NCBI RefSeq assembly: GCF_009914755.1
Contig: NC_060939.1
From: the human T2T-CHM13v2.0 reference genome, Homo sapiens
Length of the DNA stretch: 64,000 nt
Reading direction: 5' to 3' (one strand)
Shown here: piece after piece, positions 62,235 to 64,000 of the stretch
How positions within the stretch are numbered: the stretch's first letter is position 1
How the letters are laid out: each line of letters starts with the position of its first letter
Notes under the pieces: generated by a model
Seen by the model: the letters and a program-made list of their open reading frames with translations, nothing else
What the model was told of the DNA's origin: nothing
Database searches by the model: none
Position numbers and translations under genes: made by a program

Positions 62235-62369
62235 GGCTGACTGCAGCTGCTCAAGCCTCTAATCACAGCACTTAGGGAGGCAAAGGAAGGAGGATTGCTT
62301 AAGACTAGGAGTTTGAGACCCACTTGGGCAACATAGTGAAACCTCATCTCCACGAAAAGAGAAAAAAAA
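62235..62369 (+). mobile_element. FLAM (free left Alu monomer)
   Basis: aggattgctt..ga..aggagtttgagacc...gggcaacatagtgaaacctcatctc plus A-rich tail. Confidence 0.75.
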
Positions 62370-63339
62370 TGACTATGGAAAAATCAACATTGAATTCAAA
62401 AAAATGTTCAAGTGACCCACAGAAAGTCAGGAAATGAAAACAGAAATGAAAAATAGGGATAACAAAAAGCAAATAATAAAATGGTAGACATAAGCCTAAC
62501 ATATTAATATTTACATTAAATATAAATGGTCCTAATAAACAGATTTAAAGACAAACATTGGCAGAGTGGATCTAAAAATGTTACCTAATGCTATAAGAAA
62601 TTCACTTCAAATATAGTAATACAGACAGGTTAAAGGTAAAAAGATGTAAAAAGATACATCATGCAATCAAAAGCAAGCAAGCATGGCTATGTTAATATCA
62701 GCTAAAGTGCACTTCAGAGCAAATACAATTAACAGAAACACATTATATAATGATAAAAGGATCAATCAAAAAACCATAGTAACACTAAATACAAATCTCC
62801 AAAACATGTGAAATAAAACTTGTAGATATTATAGAAGAAACAGACAAATCTACAAGTACAGTTGGAGACCGCAACACCCCTCTCTCAACAAGAGATAAAA
62901 TAACTGGACAGAAAATCAGCAAGTGTGTAGAAGAATTCAACATACCATCAACGAAAGGGATCTAATTGACATTTATAAAACACTCCACCCCATAAAAACA
63001 GAATACACATTCTTTTAAATTGCCCATAACACGTATACAAAATTAGACCATATACTGGGCCATTAAACAAACCTCAGAAAATTTAAAACAACTGAAATCA
63101 TTACAGTGTGTTACCTGACCACGGGAGAATAAAACTAGAATTCATTAAGAGCAAGATAACAGGAAACTCTTCAAACACTTAGAAACTCAAACCACACTTC
63201 TAAATAATATATGAATCAAAGAGGATGTCTCAAAGGAAATATAAAATATTTAACCTGCATAAAAATAAAAATACAACATACCAAAATGTGTGGCACACAG
63301 ATGAAGTAGTGCTGAGAGGTAAATTTGCAGCTCTAAATG

Positions 63340-64000
63340 CAGCAGCCTCCCACCTTTTTTGCATTAAGGACTGAGTTCGTGGAAGACAATTTTTCCCTGG
63401 ACTGAGGGTAGGGGATGGTTTGGGGATGATTCAAAATTCAAGAGCGTTCCATTTATTGTGCACTTTATTTCTATTATTATTACATTGTAATATATAATGA
63501 AATAATTGTTATGTAACCATAACAGAACTAGTGGGAGTCCTGAGCTTGTCTTCCTGCAACTAGATGATCTCCTCTGGGTATGATCGAAGACAGTGACATC
63601 TGAAGTGTTTTGCTTATGTCCAGTCTACTCAGTAATCTTGTTTTGGTTGCTGTCACTACAGAAAACCCTGCTTCACAAAGACAGGATGCTGGAAATGGAA
63701 GCAGGCTTTTCAGTGCTTTTGTGGCAATCTCTGGATATTTCACTTTGACTTTAATCCAGAACGTATGGAGATTTGTAGTCTCAAGCATACTTTTAAGGCT
63801 ATCGTCATTTGCAGTGTCAAACAGTTGATCCTCTTCTAGCATGGACACCATCAGTTCGCCTGGCTTATTCACAGATGGGTCACGGATCCATTCCTTCCCA
63901 GTTTGGGGGTCTTTTGTGGTGGGAAGCAATGCTCAAACTCCTTTGAAAGCTGAGCTAGGTGATCATGCACCACCTGGTGTAAGAAGGCCCTGCCTCCATC
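63340..64000 (-). mobile_element. Charlie3/MER1-type hAT transposon: terminal repeat and C-terminal transposase remnant, running off the window
   Basis: MER1-like end (cagcagcctcccacctttt...ttcgtggaagacaatttttcc). ORF 63528..63929 has the hAT dimerisation motif (FWIKVKVKYPEIATKALKSLLPFPASCLCEAGFS). Confidence 0.85.

Noticed and set aside
63528-63929. Possible domesticated hAT transposase (ZBED/Buster-like) gene
   Set aside because: The ORF starts at TTG with an in-frame TGA two codons upstream (63933-63935) and an apparent frameshift there; it is a decayed Charlie3-type element.

Overview
Human or great-ape genomic DNA (AluY, L1PA, LTR12/LTR17 and MER41 are present), dominated by interspersed repeats. 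I find no intact protein-coding gene and cannot identify the locus. Nearly all ORF-track entries are repeat-derived or chance ORFs. The real coding remnants are a processed histone H3.3 (H3F3A/H3-3A) pseudogene (~47369-48397, +), broken ORF1/ORF2 of a 4.6-kb 5'-truncated L1PA (27049-31680, -), older L1PB/L1M fragments, ERVL pol fragments, Tigger1 and a Charlie3-type hAT transposase C-terminus at the right edge. Solo LTRs with readable target-site duplications (TSDs) include MER41B, a MER50/LTR8-like LTR, LTR17 (HERV-W), LTR12F and several THE1/MST. I cannot support a new biological system. The most interesting signals are small-scale: a complex template-switch duplication at 35.2-35.5 kb that copies DNA from ~480 bp upstream; a 31-bp fold-back hairpin inside an L1; a MADE1 palindrome split by an Alu 3' stub; a G34R codon in the H3.3 pseudogene; and several candidate regulatory elements (STAT GAS sites, CCAAT array, CTCF, FOX-motif minisatellite). 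Repeat subfamily names are recalled from consensus sequences and need RepeatMasker/Dfam confirmation. Boundaries without TSDs are approximate.
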